Origin: an uncultured Gammaproteobacteria bacterium
GTDB taxonomy: Bacteria > Patescibacteriota > Microgenomatia > Daviesbacterales > UBA10151
Reading direction: 5' to 3'
NCBI GenBank assembly: GCA_964523905.1
Contig: CAZFYQ010000003.1
Span: forward strand, 28,976 to 92,975
Length of the DNA: 64,000 bases
Shown here one piece after another: positions 19,254-29,058 of the stretch. The position numbers were made by a program, and so were the translations under genes. Under the pieces are notes generated by a model. That model was not told the origin of the DNA and made no database searches. It saw only the letters and a list, made by a program, of their open reading frames with translations. Positions within the stretch are counted from its first letter, which is position 1. Each line of letters begins with the position of its first letter.

Positions 19254-20414
19254 ATGGAATTTTGGGAATTAACTATTTTACATTTTTTAAATGATGGAGT
19301 TAGAACTACCTTTCCTACCCTACTGCCATTTATTGCCAAAGATCTGTCTATTAATTTATCTAGTGTAGGGTTTTTAGGTTCCAGTAATTCTTTATTCCAA
19401 ACTATCCTAGCACTTCCTGCTGGCTTTTTTGCAGCTAAATTCGGTCAAATTAAACTCCTAATTGTCTTACTTTTAGTATATTCATTAGGCTCTCTAGCCA
19501 CCGCTTTTTCCCCAAACATTTTCTTTGTGGCAGCAGGATTTTATCTAGGCTCAATGGGATTTGGGATGTTTCATCCCGTCAGTTTTTCCTTTATTGCCAA
19601 AAAATCCCATTCGTCAAATCTTGGTAAAAAAATGGGTGATTTTACGGCGTTAGGTGATGTAGGCAGGATTGTCATTCCCCCTTTGGCTGTGTTGGTAGTT
19701 TCTTTATTTAATTGGAGAATAGCCTTAATTTTAATAGCTGCTTTGGGATTTTTATTATTTATAGCACTAACTATTTATCAGCTTAGTCACAAACAGGAGA
19801 TATTGCCAGAAAAAAGGGAAACACACGCTGATTTTATAAAGCAAAGTCTAATATTACTAAAAGATAAAAAACTATTTTTGACTTTTGCTGCTGCGATGTT
19901 GGATTCCTTTGCCTCAAGTCCTGTTTTTTTATTTCTTCCTTTTTTAATCTTTTCCAAGGGTATTACAGTGCCTCAATATGCTATTGTTACCGGTTTTTTC
20001 TTTGCTGGAAGTCTATTGGGGAAATTTATACTGGGAAGAGGTGTTGACAAGGTTGGTAATATTAAGGTTTTTAGCGTATCCGAGTGCCTAATGGCTGTTT
20101 GTTTAGTTCTTCTAACTATTACAAATCAATTCTTTGCTTTACTAGTTGTATGCTTACTTTTAGGAGTATTTACCAGGGGTACAATTCCCGTAATACAAAC
20201 TATTATTTCACAGATTGCCCATAAAAAACATTACGATAAAATTTATTCTTTATCTGAATTCTTCATAGCCATAGCTTCAACTTTAACTATACTTATTATG
20301 GGCATTGTTGCAGAGAAGGCTGGTATTCCATCTGTTTTCTATCTGTCAGCAATATTTGCAGTTGTTACTTTAGTCCCCGTCTTTTTCCTGAGCAGAATAA
20401 ACACAGCTATTTAA
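19254..20414 (+). CDS. MFS transporter
   Basis: About 12 TM helices; MFS-like spacing of charged loops. Confidence 0.7.
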   Translation: MEFWELTILHFLNDGVRTTFPTLLPFIAKDLSINLSSVGFLGSSNSLFQTILALPAGFFAAKFGQIKLLIVLLLVYSLGSLATAFSPNIFFVAAGFYLGSMGFGMFHPVSFSFIAKKSHSSNLGKKMGDFTALGDVGRIVIPPLAVLVVSLFNWRIALILIAALGFLLFIALTIYQLSHKQEILPEKRETHADFIKQSLILLKDKKLFLTFAAAMLDSFASSPVFLFLPFLIFSKGITVPQYAIVTGFFFAGSLLGKFILGRGVDKVGNIKVFSVSECLMAVCLVLLTITNQFFALLVVCLLLGVFTRGTIPVIQTIISQIAHKKHYDKIYSLSEFFIAIASTLTILIMGIVAEKAGIPSVFYLSAIFAVVTLVPVFFLSRINTAI

Positions 20415-20526
20415 GTATTACAAGATAACCCCATAGTTTGCTATTTAGGTTGGATTCTGTTAGAATAGGGCATCTCTTTAATTTGCATTTTAGGTAACTT
20501 TATGTATATAGTTAAGGATATAAATT

Positions 20527-20889
20527 ATGGAACTTTTGTCACTAGTACCTGCCACAGCCTTGGGTTATCTGACTCTTCGCGCTACCACTCATCCTAATGC
20601 TAGGATTCGTCGAAAGATGCCTAATATCAAAGTAAAAAGAGTGCAAGTCTTCCCTGTTTTAAGAATCAATTTGTTTGGCAGAGTGATCCATTTTCATCAT
20701 TGGGTAAGCTTTTCCATTCTTTTGATCATCTCTTTATTTACTTCCATCGGAATTTTAGATCTGCTTTTTACTAAGGGAATGCTTTTGGGTGGAATTATCC
20801 AAGGTTTAAGTTTGCCTAAAGAACACCGTAAAATTATCTACCGTGATTTTTCCCTTGAAAGATTAACTCAAATTACTCATAATAATTAA
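20527..20889 (+). CDS. Hypothetical membrane protein
   Basis: ORF with two hydrophobic helices. Its stop abuts the GTG start of the gmk-like gene. Confidence 0.35.
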   Translation: MELLSLVPATALGYLTLRATTHPNARIRRKMPNIKVKRVQVFPVLRINLFGRVIHFHHWVSFSILLIISLFTSIGILDLLFTKGMLLGGIIQGLSLPKEHRKIIYRDFSLERLTQITHNN

Positions 20890-21492
20890 GTGACAAAGTC
20901 TCTTCTTATTGTACTGACAGGTAAAACTGCCTCAGGCAAAGACACTATCCAAAGTAAACTTCGTCAAAAATATCCTAATTTACATCGCATTATTACTTCC
21001 ACCTCACGGGTGATCAGACCAGGTGAGAAAAAGGATGTTGACTACCATTTTTATTCCCGCGCTGAATTTAAAGCCAAAGTTGAGACTGGTGATTTTGTAG
21101 AATGGGTTGAATACGGCACTAATTTATATGGCACTGAAAAAAAGGAGCTGGCTGCTGCACTAACTGAAGATTGTATTTGGCGAATAGATCCTTCCCGAGC
21201 CGGTGAAACCAGAGATTTTATTAAACGGGCCTTTGATCCCACTGATGCTGAAAAGTTATTAAGTAATTTAGTAGTTTTATATATCACCACAGATCAGGAA
21301 ACCATACTTAAGCGACTTCAAGGTCGCCGTTTACCTGCTGCGGAAATTGAAGGCAGAATGAAAGATGATGAAATGATTTGGCAAGAATATAAAGATAAGT
21401 ATGACTATGTTATTGAAAATACCCCTGGAAAATTAGATGAAACTGTTGATAAGATTATTAATATAATCAGTACGAACCATGAAACTGCCTAA
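20890..21492 (+). CDS. gmk: Guanylate kinase-like nucleotide kinase (GTG start)
   Basis: P-loop GKTASGKD, then a Gmk-like substrate segment TSTSRVIRPGEKKDVDYHFYSRAEFKAKVETGDFVEWVEYGTNLYGT. Confidence 0.6.
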   Translation: MTKSLLIVLTGKTASGKDTIQSKLRQKYPNLHRIITSTSRVIRPGEKKDVDYHFYSRAEFKAKVETGDFVEWVEYGTNLYGTEKKELAAALTEDCIWRIDPSRAGETRDFIKRAFDPTDAEKLLSNLVVLYITTDQETILKRLQGRRLPAAEIEGRMKDDEMIWQEYKDKYDYVIENTPGKLDETVDKIINIISTNHETA

Positions 21493-22660
21493 GATAAAAA
21501 TCCCCCAGCTTTCTTCTAAGGTACTACTACCAGTAACTATTGCTGTGATCCTGATTGCCGGTTCCAGTGGCGCCTGGATGTATCAGGCCTATCATCAGAT
21601 CCAAGATCAAAAAAATCAACTGATTGTTAATTTAAACCAAAGCAATAAAAAGGTCCAAGATCTTGAGAAGCGAGATGAATTTAAAATTAACGAAGCCCAG
21701 AAAAAGGAAATGGATTCAATTAAGAAAACCTATACAGACTCAATTTCTGCTTATGAAAAACTGACAGATTTAAAAGCCCAAAAACTAGATACTTCCAAAC
21801 TGGATGTTTTATATGCCCAAATTGTTAAATACTTATCAGACAAAAATTATGCTTCTGCCTCTGCTGCTTTGGCAGATCTAAATAATAAGATTGTGGAGCT
21901 AACACCAAAAGCAGCTGTATCTGTAGCCAGTTCACCGACAGCTGCCACCCAAAGCAATACTCCTCCTGGATCAGGTTACTCATACCAATCAGTGGCTGCT
22001 GACGGGCAAAATTATAATGTGGATATTATTGCCGCTGATATGAATTCCACAAAAATAGTGATTGATACTGCCTCGGATTCTGATTGTTCCAATAATTGCC
22101 CTGTTCTGCCTTTAGCTGATTATGTATCCAGAAACGGAGCCTATGCCGGTATTAACGGTTCTTTTTTCTGTCCGGCTGAATATCCTTCTTGTGCTGGTAA
22201 AACTGGTTCATTTGATACGCTTTTAATGAACTTTAAAAAGCACTATTTTAATTCAGATAATAATGTTTATTCTACGATTCCGGCGGCAATCTTTTCCCCT
22301 GGTTCAGCCAGATTTGTGTCCCAGTCTTTGCAATGGGGACGGGATACCGGAGTTGACGGAGTGATCGCCAATTACCCCTTGCTGGTTTCCGGAGGGAATA
22401 TTAATTTTACCGAATCTCCTAATGAACCGAAATTCGGTGCCAAAGGCAATCGCAATTTCATTGCAGCTAAAGGAAACATTGTTTATATTGGAGTAATCCA
22501 CGGAGCCACCATGGGAGAAGCAGCTAAAGTCCTTCATGCACTTGGCATGGGTGAGGCCTTAAACCTTGATGAAGGTGGTTCAAGTGCCCTCTGGTCCGGT
22601 GGTTACAAAGTAGGTCCAGGTCGTAATATCCCTAATGCCGTGTTATTTGTGAGGCGTTAA
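21479..22660 (+). CDS. Phosphodiester glycosidase family protein (DUF2233-like), membrane-anchored
   Basis: N-terminal TM plus coiled coil; C-terminal NGAYAGINGSFF and LNLDEGGSSALW signatures. Confidence 0.6.
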   Translation: MKLPKIKIPQLSSKVLLPVTIAVILIAGSSGAWMYQAYHQIQDQKNQLIVNLNQSNKKVQDLEKRDEFKINEAQKKEMDSIKKTYTDSISAYEKLTDLKAQKLDTSKLDVLYAQIVKYLSDKNYASASAALADLNNKIVELTPKAAVSVASSPTAATQSNTPPGSGYSYQSVAADGQNYNVDIIAADMNSTKIVIDTASDSDCSNNCPVLPLADYVSRNGAYAGINGSFFCPAEYPSCAGKTGSFDTLLMNFKKHYFNSDNNVYSTIPAAIFSPGSARFVSQSLQWGRDTGVDGVIANYPLLVSGGNINFTESPNEPKFGAKGNRNFIAAKGNIVYIGVIHGATMGEAAKVLHALGMGEALNLDEGGSSALWSGGYKVGPGRNIPNAVLFVRR

Positions 22661-22682
22661 TCACACATGTTAAGATAAGTAG

Positions 22683-23714
22683 ATGAGATTTAGGTTTCTA
22701 ATTAACAGGAAAAGAATTATTATCGGGATAATACTGCTTTTAATTCTCGGTACAATCTTCTTTTTCATTAGGCGTTCCAGTAAACCACCCGTGTATCAAT
22801 TCGCGGCTGTTAAAATACAAAACCTGACTGCTAATGTTTCCGGATCAGGTTCTTTAACCGGTAAAGAAACTGCTGATCTTAGATTCAAATCTTCCGGCAA
22901 GCTGGGCTATCTTAATGTCAAAGCCGGAGACGTAGTAACTAAAGGCGAAGTTATTGCCGGTTTAGATACCCAGGATTTAAATATTACGCTGCAGCAAGCC
23001 CAAAATAGTTTACGGGATAAACAGGCTATTGTGGATCAGGTCTTGGATAATGTCAAAGACCATTCCAGTGATGAAACCTTCACCCAAAAACAGGAACGGA
23101 CCACTGCTCAGGTAGCCAGAGATAATGCATTTGATAATGTTAAAGCAGCTCAAAGGGCTTTTCAGGATGCGGTGATTGTGTCCCCGATTGATGGTCTAGT
23201 GACCCAGGCAAAACCAGTGGCCGGTCAAGTAGTGACCTCAGATATAATTGCTGAAATTGTTGATACCTCAGAAATTTATTTCGACACTGATGTTGATGAG
23301 GCTGATATTGGTAAAGTCAAAGTAGGACAGCAAGCAGAGGTCACTTTAGACTCCTATCCTAACCAAGTATTTAAAGGTCTGGTTTCCAAGGTACTGCCAA
23401 CTACCAAAACCACTTCTTCCGGAGCCACTGTGGTCACTGTGCGGATTATTTTAACCCAACATGATTTAACTTTTGTAAATGGACTAAGCGGTCAGGGTTC
23501 AATCATTTATGCCAGTGTTAATCATGTTTTGACTGTGCCTCAAGAAGCCTTGCGTGAGGATAACACTATAGTAATGCAGCAAGGTAAAATACTGGTAGCA
23601 AAGAAGGTGGAAGTAGGAATCTCCTCTGATACAGATATTGAAATCAAATCCGGTTTAAGTGAGGGAGAAAAAGTGGTACTTAATCCTCCGGCTGTAGGCG
23701 CCAAGTTAAATTAA
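22683..23714 (+). CDS. HlyD/MacA-type periplasmic adaptor (membrane fusion protein)
   Basis: N-terminal TM, a biotinyl-lipoyl-like hairpin and a coiled coil, followed by ABC genes. Confidence 0.75.
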   Translation: MRFRFLINRKRIIIGIILLLILGTIFFFIRRSSKPPVYQFAAVKIQNLTANVSGSGSLTGKETADLRFKSSGKLGYLNVKAGDVVTKGEVIAGLDTQDLNITLQQAQNSLRDKQAIVDQVLDNVKDHSSDETFTQKQERTTAQVARDNAFDNVKAAQRAFQDAVIVSPIDGLVTQAKPVAGQVVTSDIIAEIVDTSEIYFDTDVDEADIGKVKVGQQAEVTLDSYPNQVFKGLVSKVLPTTKTTSSGATVVTVRIILTQHDLTFVNGLSGQGSIIYASVNHVLTVPQEALREDNTIVMQQGKILVAKKVEVGISSDTDIEIKSGLSEGEKVVLNPPAVGAKLN

Positions 23715-23716
23715 CC

Positions 23717-24385
23717 ATGGATGTAGTTAAGCTCTCCAAGATCAATAAAATTTACTCCTCAGGAGAAGTCTCTTTTCAAGCATTAAAGGATATTAATTTC
23801 GCTGTTAAAAAAGGAGAATTTGTGGCTATTATTGGTGCTTCCGGTTCTGGAAAATCTACTTTAATGAATATTATCGGACTGCTGGATCACCCGACCACTG
23901 GACATTATGAACTAGACGGCGAGGACGCTTCGCACTTGCGAGAGAATAAATTAGCCGGAATTAGAAATAAAAAGATTGGTTTTGTGTTTCAGTCATTTAA
24001 TCTTTTATCCAGAACCTCGGCTTTAGATAATGTGGCGCTACCTTTAATTTATGCTAAAGTTTCAGCCAGCGAAAGAAGATTAAGGGCCAAGCAAGCTTTA
24101 GAAATAGTCGGTTTAGGTGATAAATTAGGCTCCCATCCCAATCAATTATCCGGCGGTCAACAACAAAGAGTTGCCATTGCTAGAGCCTTAGTAACTGATC
24201 CCGAGCTAATCCTAGCTGATGAGCCAACTGGAAACTTGGATTCTAAGTCGGGTGTAGAGATTATGAAGATTTTTCATAAATTAAATAATGAGGGTAAAAC
24301 TATTATTATGATAACTCATGAAGATGATATTGCCAAAAATGCCAAACGGGTAATTCGAATAAAAGACGGAGAAATTGTTAAATAA
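23717..24385 (+). CDS. ABC transporter ATP-binding protein (MacB/LolD-type)
   Basis: Walker A GASGSGKST, signature LSGGQQQRVAIARAL, Walker B ILADEPTGNLD. Confidence 0.9.
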   Translation: MDVVKLSKINKIYSSGEVSFQALKDINFAVKKGEFVAIIGASGSGKSTLMNIIGLLDHPTTGHYELDGEDASHLRENKLAGIRNKKIGFVFQSFNLLSRTSALDNVALPLIYAKVSASERRLRAKQALEIVGLGDKLGSHPNQLSGGQQQRVAIARALVTDPELILADEPTGNLDSKSGVEIMKIFHKLNNEGKTIIMITHEDDIAKNAKRVIRIKDGEIVK

Positions 24386-25569
24386 TGGAGACTTTAAAAT
24401 TGGCAATGGTGGCAATTTGGGCTAATAAATTACGTTCCAGTTTAACAGTTCTGGGAATTGTCATCGGGGTCATGTCAGTGATTTTATTAATCTCTTTGGT
24501 CACCGGTTTGCAAACCTTTATTACTGGACAAATACAGGGATTGGGATCAAATTTATTATTTGTAATTCCCGGCAGAGTGGGCGGAGCCAGGTCACCAGGC
24601 GGAGTACAGGCTAATAAGCTGGTTTATTCTGATGCCAATACTTTGGCTGCTAGATTAACCGGGCAGGCCGTTGTATCTGCAGCTATTCAACGAACTACTA
24701 CTTTAAAATATAGTAATAAAAATGACAAAAACACCGCGGTTTTTGGAGTTGATGCAACTTATCCTAAAGTTATCAGCTCCTTAAAATTAACAGAAGGCCG
24801 ATTTTTTAAAGAATCGGATGCGGTTTCCGCCAGAAGAGTAGCAGTAATTGGTCAAACAGTTAAAACCAATTTATTTGGCACTTCCTCAACTGTTGGCAAA
24901 GTAATTGATGTGGGAGGAGTTAAATACACTGTCATCGGGGTGTTAGATAAACGGGGCTCTTTATTTGGAATTGATCAGGATAATTCAATTTACTCCCCTT
25001 TTCTGGCAATTCAAAGGCAATTTGGTTTAAATAATCTAAATACTATATATATTTCGGCTAATGATTCCGCTAATGTCAAAACCGTACAGAAAAAAGCCAC
25101 CAACATCTTGTTAAAACGTTTGTCTGAAGATGATTTTACAGTGCAGTCTCAGGAACAAGCCTTATCAACTATTTCTCAAATTACCGGGGTCTTAACAGCT
25201 GCTTTGGGAGGCATAGCAGCTATTTCTCTTCTGGTTGGTGGAATTGGCATCATGAATATCATGCTAGTATCTGTCACAGAAAGAACCAGAGAAATTGGCC
25301 TGCGCAAAGCCATTGGTGCCACCCCGGGCAATATCCGTAATCAATTTTTAATTGAGGCTTTAACCTTGTCTGGCTTTGGAGGGATCTTAGGAATTGCCAT
25401 TGGATTTGGAATATCTCTTATTATTGGGATCTTCTTTACCACCACAGTACCGCTATGGTCAGTGGCTTTATCATTTGGATTCTCAATGTTAGTGGGAGTG
25501 ATCTTTGGCGTAGCGCCGGCTATTCGAGCATCCAGATTGGATCCAATTACAGCTCTTCGTTATGAATAA
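24385..25569 (+). CDS. ABC transporter permease, FtsX/MacB family
   Basis: N-terminal TM, a large periplasmic domain, and a C-terminal 3-TM FtsX bundle. It is translationally coupled to the ATPase gene (ATGA overlap). Confidence 0.85.
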   Translation: METLKLAMVAIWANKLRSSLTVLGIVIGVMSVILLISLVTGLQTFITGQIQGLGSNLLFVIPGRVGGARSPGGVQANKLVYSDANTLAARLTGQAVVSAAIQRTTTLKYSNKNDKNTAVFGVDATYPKVISSLKLTEGRFFKESDAVSARRVAVIGQTVKTNLFGTSSTVGKVIDVGGVKYTVIGVLDKRGSLFGIDQDNSIYSPFLAIQRQFGLNNLNTIYISANDSANVKTVQKKATNILLKRLSEDDFTVQSQEQALSTISQITGVLTAALGGIAAISLLVGGIGIMNIMLVSVTERTREIGLRKAIGATPGNIRNQFLIEALTLSGFGGILGIAIGFGISLIIGIFFTTTVPLWSVALSFGFSMLVGVIFGVAPAIRASRLDPITALRYE

Positions 25570-25578
25570 TTTACGTTT

Positions 25579-25593
25579 ACACCTGAGAGGTGT
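25579..25593. repeat. Solo REP-like hairpin ACACCT-gag-AGGTGT between convergent genes
   Basis: Same arms as the hairpins flanking transposase copy 1. Confidence 0.5.
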
Positions 25594-25597
25594 CAGG

Positions 25598-26233
25598 CTA
25601 AATAAATTGGAATACTCCGCCTAAATTGTTTAATACTTTATCTGCCTGGCTAAAATCCCCGTCCATAGTTTCTTTACCAGGTATAGCAAATACAGTCATA
25701 CCTGCTGCTACAGCTGCTGCCACCCCAATCGGTGAATCTTCCAGCACTAAACAATCATTGGGGTCCACGCTGATTGCTTTAGCAGTTAGTAAATAGACAT
25801 CTGGAGCGGGTTTTCCTCTCTTAACATTTTCTGCAGAATACAACGCATCAAAAAAATCGCCAACCTCTAAGGCCTTGACAATAATATTAATAGTGGCAAT
25901 CTGAGAACTGGAAGCAATGGCCATTTTGATACCTACTCGCCTTAAATCATTTAATAGATCCATTAAACCAGGACGAGGGAGAATTTTATCTAGAAGTTGT
26001 CTGGTAATAACTTGCTTTTGATCAAATAATTCCTCAGCAGTTATGGGTAGCTGGTAACGGGTGACCATGTCTACAGCGCAATCCATGTCTGTTTTACCAA
26101 GATACAACTTTATGTTATCTTCTTCAGTGAATTGTTTGCCGTATTTTTGAAACACCTGATCAAAAGCCTGCTGATGAATTGGCTCGGAATCCACCATTAG
26201 TCCATCCATATCAAAAATCACTGCTTTAAACAT
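25598..26233 (-). CDS. HAD-superfamily hydrolase (beta-phosphoglucomutase-like phosphatase)
   Basis: Motif I VIFDMDGLMVDSEP, motif IV GKPAPD...LEDSPIG. Start set at MFKAVIFD; the track ORF extends to 26311. Confidence 0.75.
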   Translation of the reverse strand: MFKAVIFDMDGLMVDSEPIHQQAFDQVFQKYGKQFTEEDNIKLYLGKTDMDCAVDMVTRYQLPITAEELFDQKQVITRQLLDKILPRPGLMDLLNDLRRVGIKMAIASSSQIATINIIVKALEVGDFFDALYSAENVKRGKPAPDVYLLTAKAISVDPNDCLVLEDSPIGVAAAVAAGMTVFAIPGKETMDGDFSQADKVLNNLGGVFQFI

Positions 26234-26236
26234 TGT

Positions 26237-27280
26237 TTGATTATACCAAAGGTATATAATAAGAGTATGAATTTGTCTCATACTGAACAGGAAATGCTGG
26301 AAGCTAAGCAAGTTTGTCTAAACTTCGACTTCGCTATTACTAAAGATATTGCAGAAAAAATTGGCCAATCTAATATTATCTTCGCCGGAATGGGTAGTAG
26401 CTTAATTTTTCCCGGAAAACAAGCCAAAAATCGGGCCTTAAAACTAGGCATCAGTAATAAGGTTGAAGCGTTCTTTGCCTCAGATTTATTTCAATACGAA
26501 GATTTTTCTAACACCTACGTATTTTTATGTAGTAATTCTGGTAAAACCAAAGAAGTAATTCTTTTATTGGATTATGCACAAAAACATGGAGCTAAATGTA
26601 TTGCTGTCACTGCTGTAGCTGATTCTATCCTGGCTCAAAGAGCAGATGAAAAGATTATTCTAACCTGTGGTTTTGAACAAGGCGTAGCCGCAACTAAATC
26701 CGTGATTGAACAGGGATTGGTATATGATTCACTAATCTTTCACTTGGCGAAAAACCAAGGCAAAGATGTTGACTTTGATTTTCTAAAACAAGAACTGGAT
26801 AAAACTGCTGAGATCTTAGAAAGCAATGTTAATGCTAAATTGGATGCGAAACTACTTGAGCAGTTAGTTAAAGAAAATCTATACTATGTAGCTGGTTTGG
26901 ATAATGGTGTTGCTGAGGAAATTGCTCTAAAGTCTTATGAAATAGCACGTAAAATGGCCATATTCTTTGCCGACACCCACACGGTGCATGGACCGGAGGA
27001 AGGTATTGATAATGGCTGCGTAATACTTATAGAACCCAACTATTTCAAGGAGTATTTGTCAGATTTTCAAAAATTCGTTGATAAAACCAAAACTACTTTA
27101 ATTGGAGTCGACCAGGATTTATTAATTCCCGGCTTGGAAATTCAAATTAATGATACTTTCCGTAATTATTGCCTGTTAGCTGGTGGTTGGGCCTTGCTTA
27201 GAAACATCGGCGTAGAAATGGGCATTGATATTGATCATCCAGTCAAAGCTTCCAAAGTCGGCAATCCTTTTGAGGGATAA
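26237..27280 (+). CDS. SIS-domain sugar-phosphate isomerase/binding protein
   Basis: Two SIS-like halves; GMGSS and SNSGKT motifs. Confidence 0.6.
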   Translation: MIIPKVYNKSMNLSHTEQEMLEAKQVCLNFDFAITKDIAEKIGQSNIIFAGMGSSLIFPGKQAKNRALKLGISNKVEAFFASDLFQYEDFSNTYVFLCSNSGKTKEVILLLDYAQKHGAKCIAVTAVADSILAQRADEKIILTCGFEQGVAATKSVIEQGLVYDSLIFHLAKNQGKDVDFDFLKQELDKTAEILESNVNAKLDAKLLEQLVKENLYYVAGLDNGVAEEIALKSYEIARKMAIFFADTHTVHGPEEGIDNGCVILIEPNYFKEYLSDFQKFVDKTKTTLIGVDQDLLIPGLEIQINDTFRNYCLLAGGWALLRNIGVEMGIDIDHPVKASKVGNPFEG

Positions 27281-27330
27281 TTTTAGGAACTAATCTTGAT
27301 CCTATAGTTAAAATAAGCTATACTATAGAG

Positions 27331-29058
27331 ATGACAGAAACACAGTCTGAAGCAGTCGGTTATCCATATGCATTCAGCTTAAATGGTAGGATGCTTCCAA
27401 TTAAACCTGATTTACAAGCTCACCTTGGTCAAACAAGGGACAAGATAGAATCCGCATTTAGAAAGACTCTTTCCAGCCAAGAACTGGAGGTAATTGAAAA
27501 AATAGAGGCGGGCTTACCTTCTGATGCTCCTCCAGCGATGACTGCCATGGATTATCTTTTTCTTCGCCATAATTTGGGAACATCCTTAAACGTTATCGGG
27601 AGGGATTTAGGTATTGCAGGTAATACTCTGGGTAGAATGTTTGATAGGTTAGGACTACCCAGAATAAGCAAGACCGATGCCACTAAAATATCTAAGAGAC
27701 CGCCACAGATCGACATTGAAGCAATGGTTCAATTAATGAGTGAGCAGATAAGACTACATAGGGAAGATCCAAGCTACGAACTATCCACAAATGCCCAGTT
27801 AGGAGATATTCTTGGCTCCCATAAGTCATTAATTGGTAAATTAGCGGCTGAGTTTTTTACTCCGGAGGATCGGAAATACAGAGAGCAATCAATAAAAAGG
27901 CAGAGATTTGCAATTAGTGCAAAGAGAAATCGCGAAACGGGGAAACGTCGAGTTAGCCACATAAATCCTTTAACAGGGAATACATACGCCCACGATGCCG
28001 GGGTTATAAACGGCAAAAGATCTTATGAATTGGGCACCGGCGTTCACGCATTAACCCGTGAGCAGAGAGAAAAATACGGCAGAATTGGGGGAATCATTAC
28101 AGCTGAAGCGGGAATGGGAGTTCATGCTTTAACTCATGAGCAGCATATGGCAGCAGGACATAAGGGCGGTTCAAAGTCACGAGATAATCAATCAGGCATG
28201 TTCACTTTATCCCCGGAAAGAAAAGCGGCAATTGGATTAGCCCAGGCGATGCGTAGCATGGAAGAAGGAACAGGTATTTTTGGTTTATCTGATGAAGAAA
28301 AGAAAAAATATGCTCAGATGGGCGGCAGGACTGTTAGAGATATGGGCAAGGGGGTCTTTGGGGTCGATCCTGAGACGAATGTTCCCTACAGACTTATTGG
28401 GGGCCGTAACGCCTATCTCCAAGGTGCAGGTATTCATGGTTTGTCAATTGAACGCAGGAGAGCTATAGGAGTTGCTGCATCAGAGGTACCTAATAGTAAT
28501 AAAACCTATACGGAAACAGAGTATTTTGATTCCGTGATGGAAGCAGCTACTGCTGTACTTTTAGAGCGGTACATACCAGGCTTTCATATTGAGCGTGGTG
28601 AAACATACCAAATCAGCACTGGTATTTTAAAGAAAATAGACTTTTTAATAAACCAAGTTTTTGTCGAATTTAACCCAATTCTGTTAACTTATACAGAGGG
28701 CTCATTAGGTGCTTTTGAAACAGAGAATGAGTTTATAGAATATCAAGAGGAATTAGGTAGGCTTTCTCCAATGGAGCGAAAGCGCTACAAAAATGCCACT
28801 AGAGAAATACTTAAAGGTAGGTATTTTCAAAGAAGACGAGAGGCATTGGATGAAAATCCTGATTACAGAAAGTCTGAGCTGGTTGTTGTCACTGACCCAA
28901 TAGAACTTTATGATCAGGTTATCCAAAGGTTTGGTGCAGAAATTCCCACGCTTCAACAATTTTTAAAGGAATTTGAGGTTTTGCGAGTTGTGATTAAAGA
29001 CCAATCAGAAAAAATTAAAAACCAAAAAGATTCATCTACTTCTCCAACTGTTCTTTAA
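27331..29058 (+). CDS. Large hypothetical protein with HTH-like N-terminus and six ~30-aa Gly-bracketed repeats
   Basis: Repeats: GVHALTREQREKYGRIGG, GVHALTHEQHMAAGHKGG, GMFTLSPERKAAIGLAQA, GIFGLSDEEKKKYAQMGG, GVFGVDPETNVPYRLIGG, GIHGLSIERRRAIGVAAS. The TATACT -10 ends 6 nt before the ATG (leaderless-type). Confidence 0.5.
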   Translation: MTETQSEAVGYPYAFSLNGRMLPIKPDLQAHLGQTRDKIESAFRKTLSSQELEVIEKIEAGLPSDAPPAMTAMDYLFLRHNLGTSLNVIGRDLGIAGNTLGRMFDRLGLPRISKTDATKISKRPPQIDIEAMVQLMSEQIRLHREDPSYELSTNAQLGDILGSHKSLIGKLAAEFFTPEDRKYREQSIKRQRFAISAKRNRETGKRRVSHINPLTGNTYAHDAGVINGKRSYELGTGVHALTREQREKYGRIGGIITAEAGMGVHALTHEQHMAAGHKGGSKSRDNQSGMFTLSPERKAAIGLAQAMRSMEEGTGIFGLSDEEKKKYAQMGGRTVRDMGKGVFGVDPETNVPYRLIGGRNAYLQGAGIHGLSIERRRAIGVAASEVPNSNKTYTETEYFDSVMEAATAVLLERYIPGFHIERGETYQISTGILKKIDFLINQVFVEFNPILLTYTEGSLGAFETENEFIEYQEELGRLSPMERKRYKNATREILKGRYFQRRREALDENPDYRKSELVVVTDPIELYDQVIQRFGAEIPTLQQFLKEFEVLRVVIKDQSEKIKNQKDSSTSPTVL

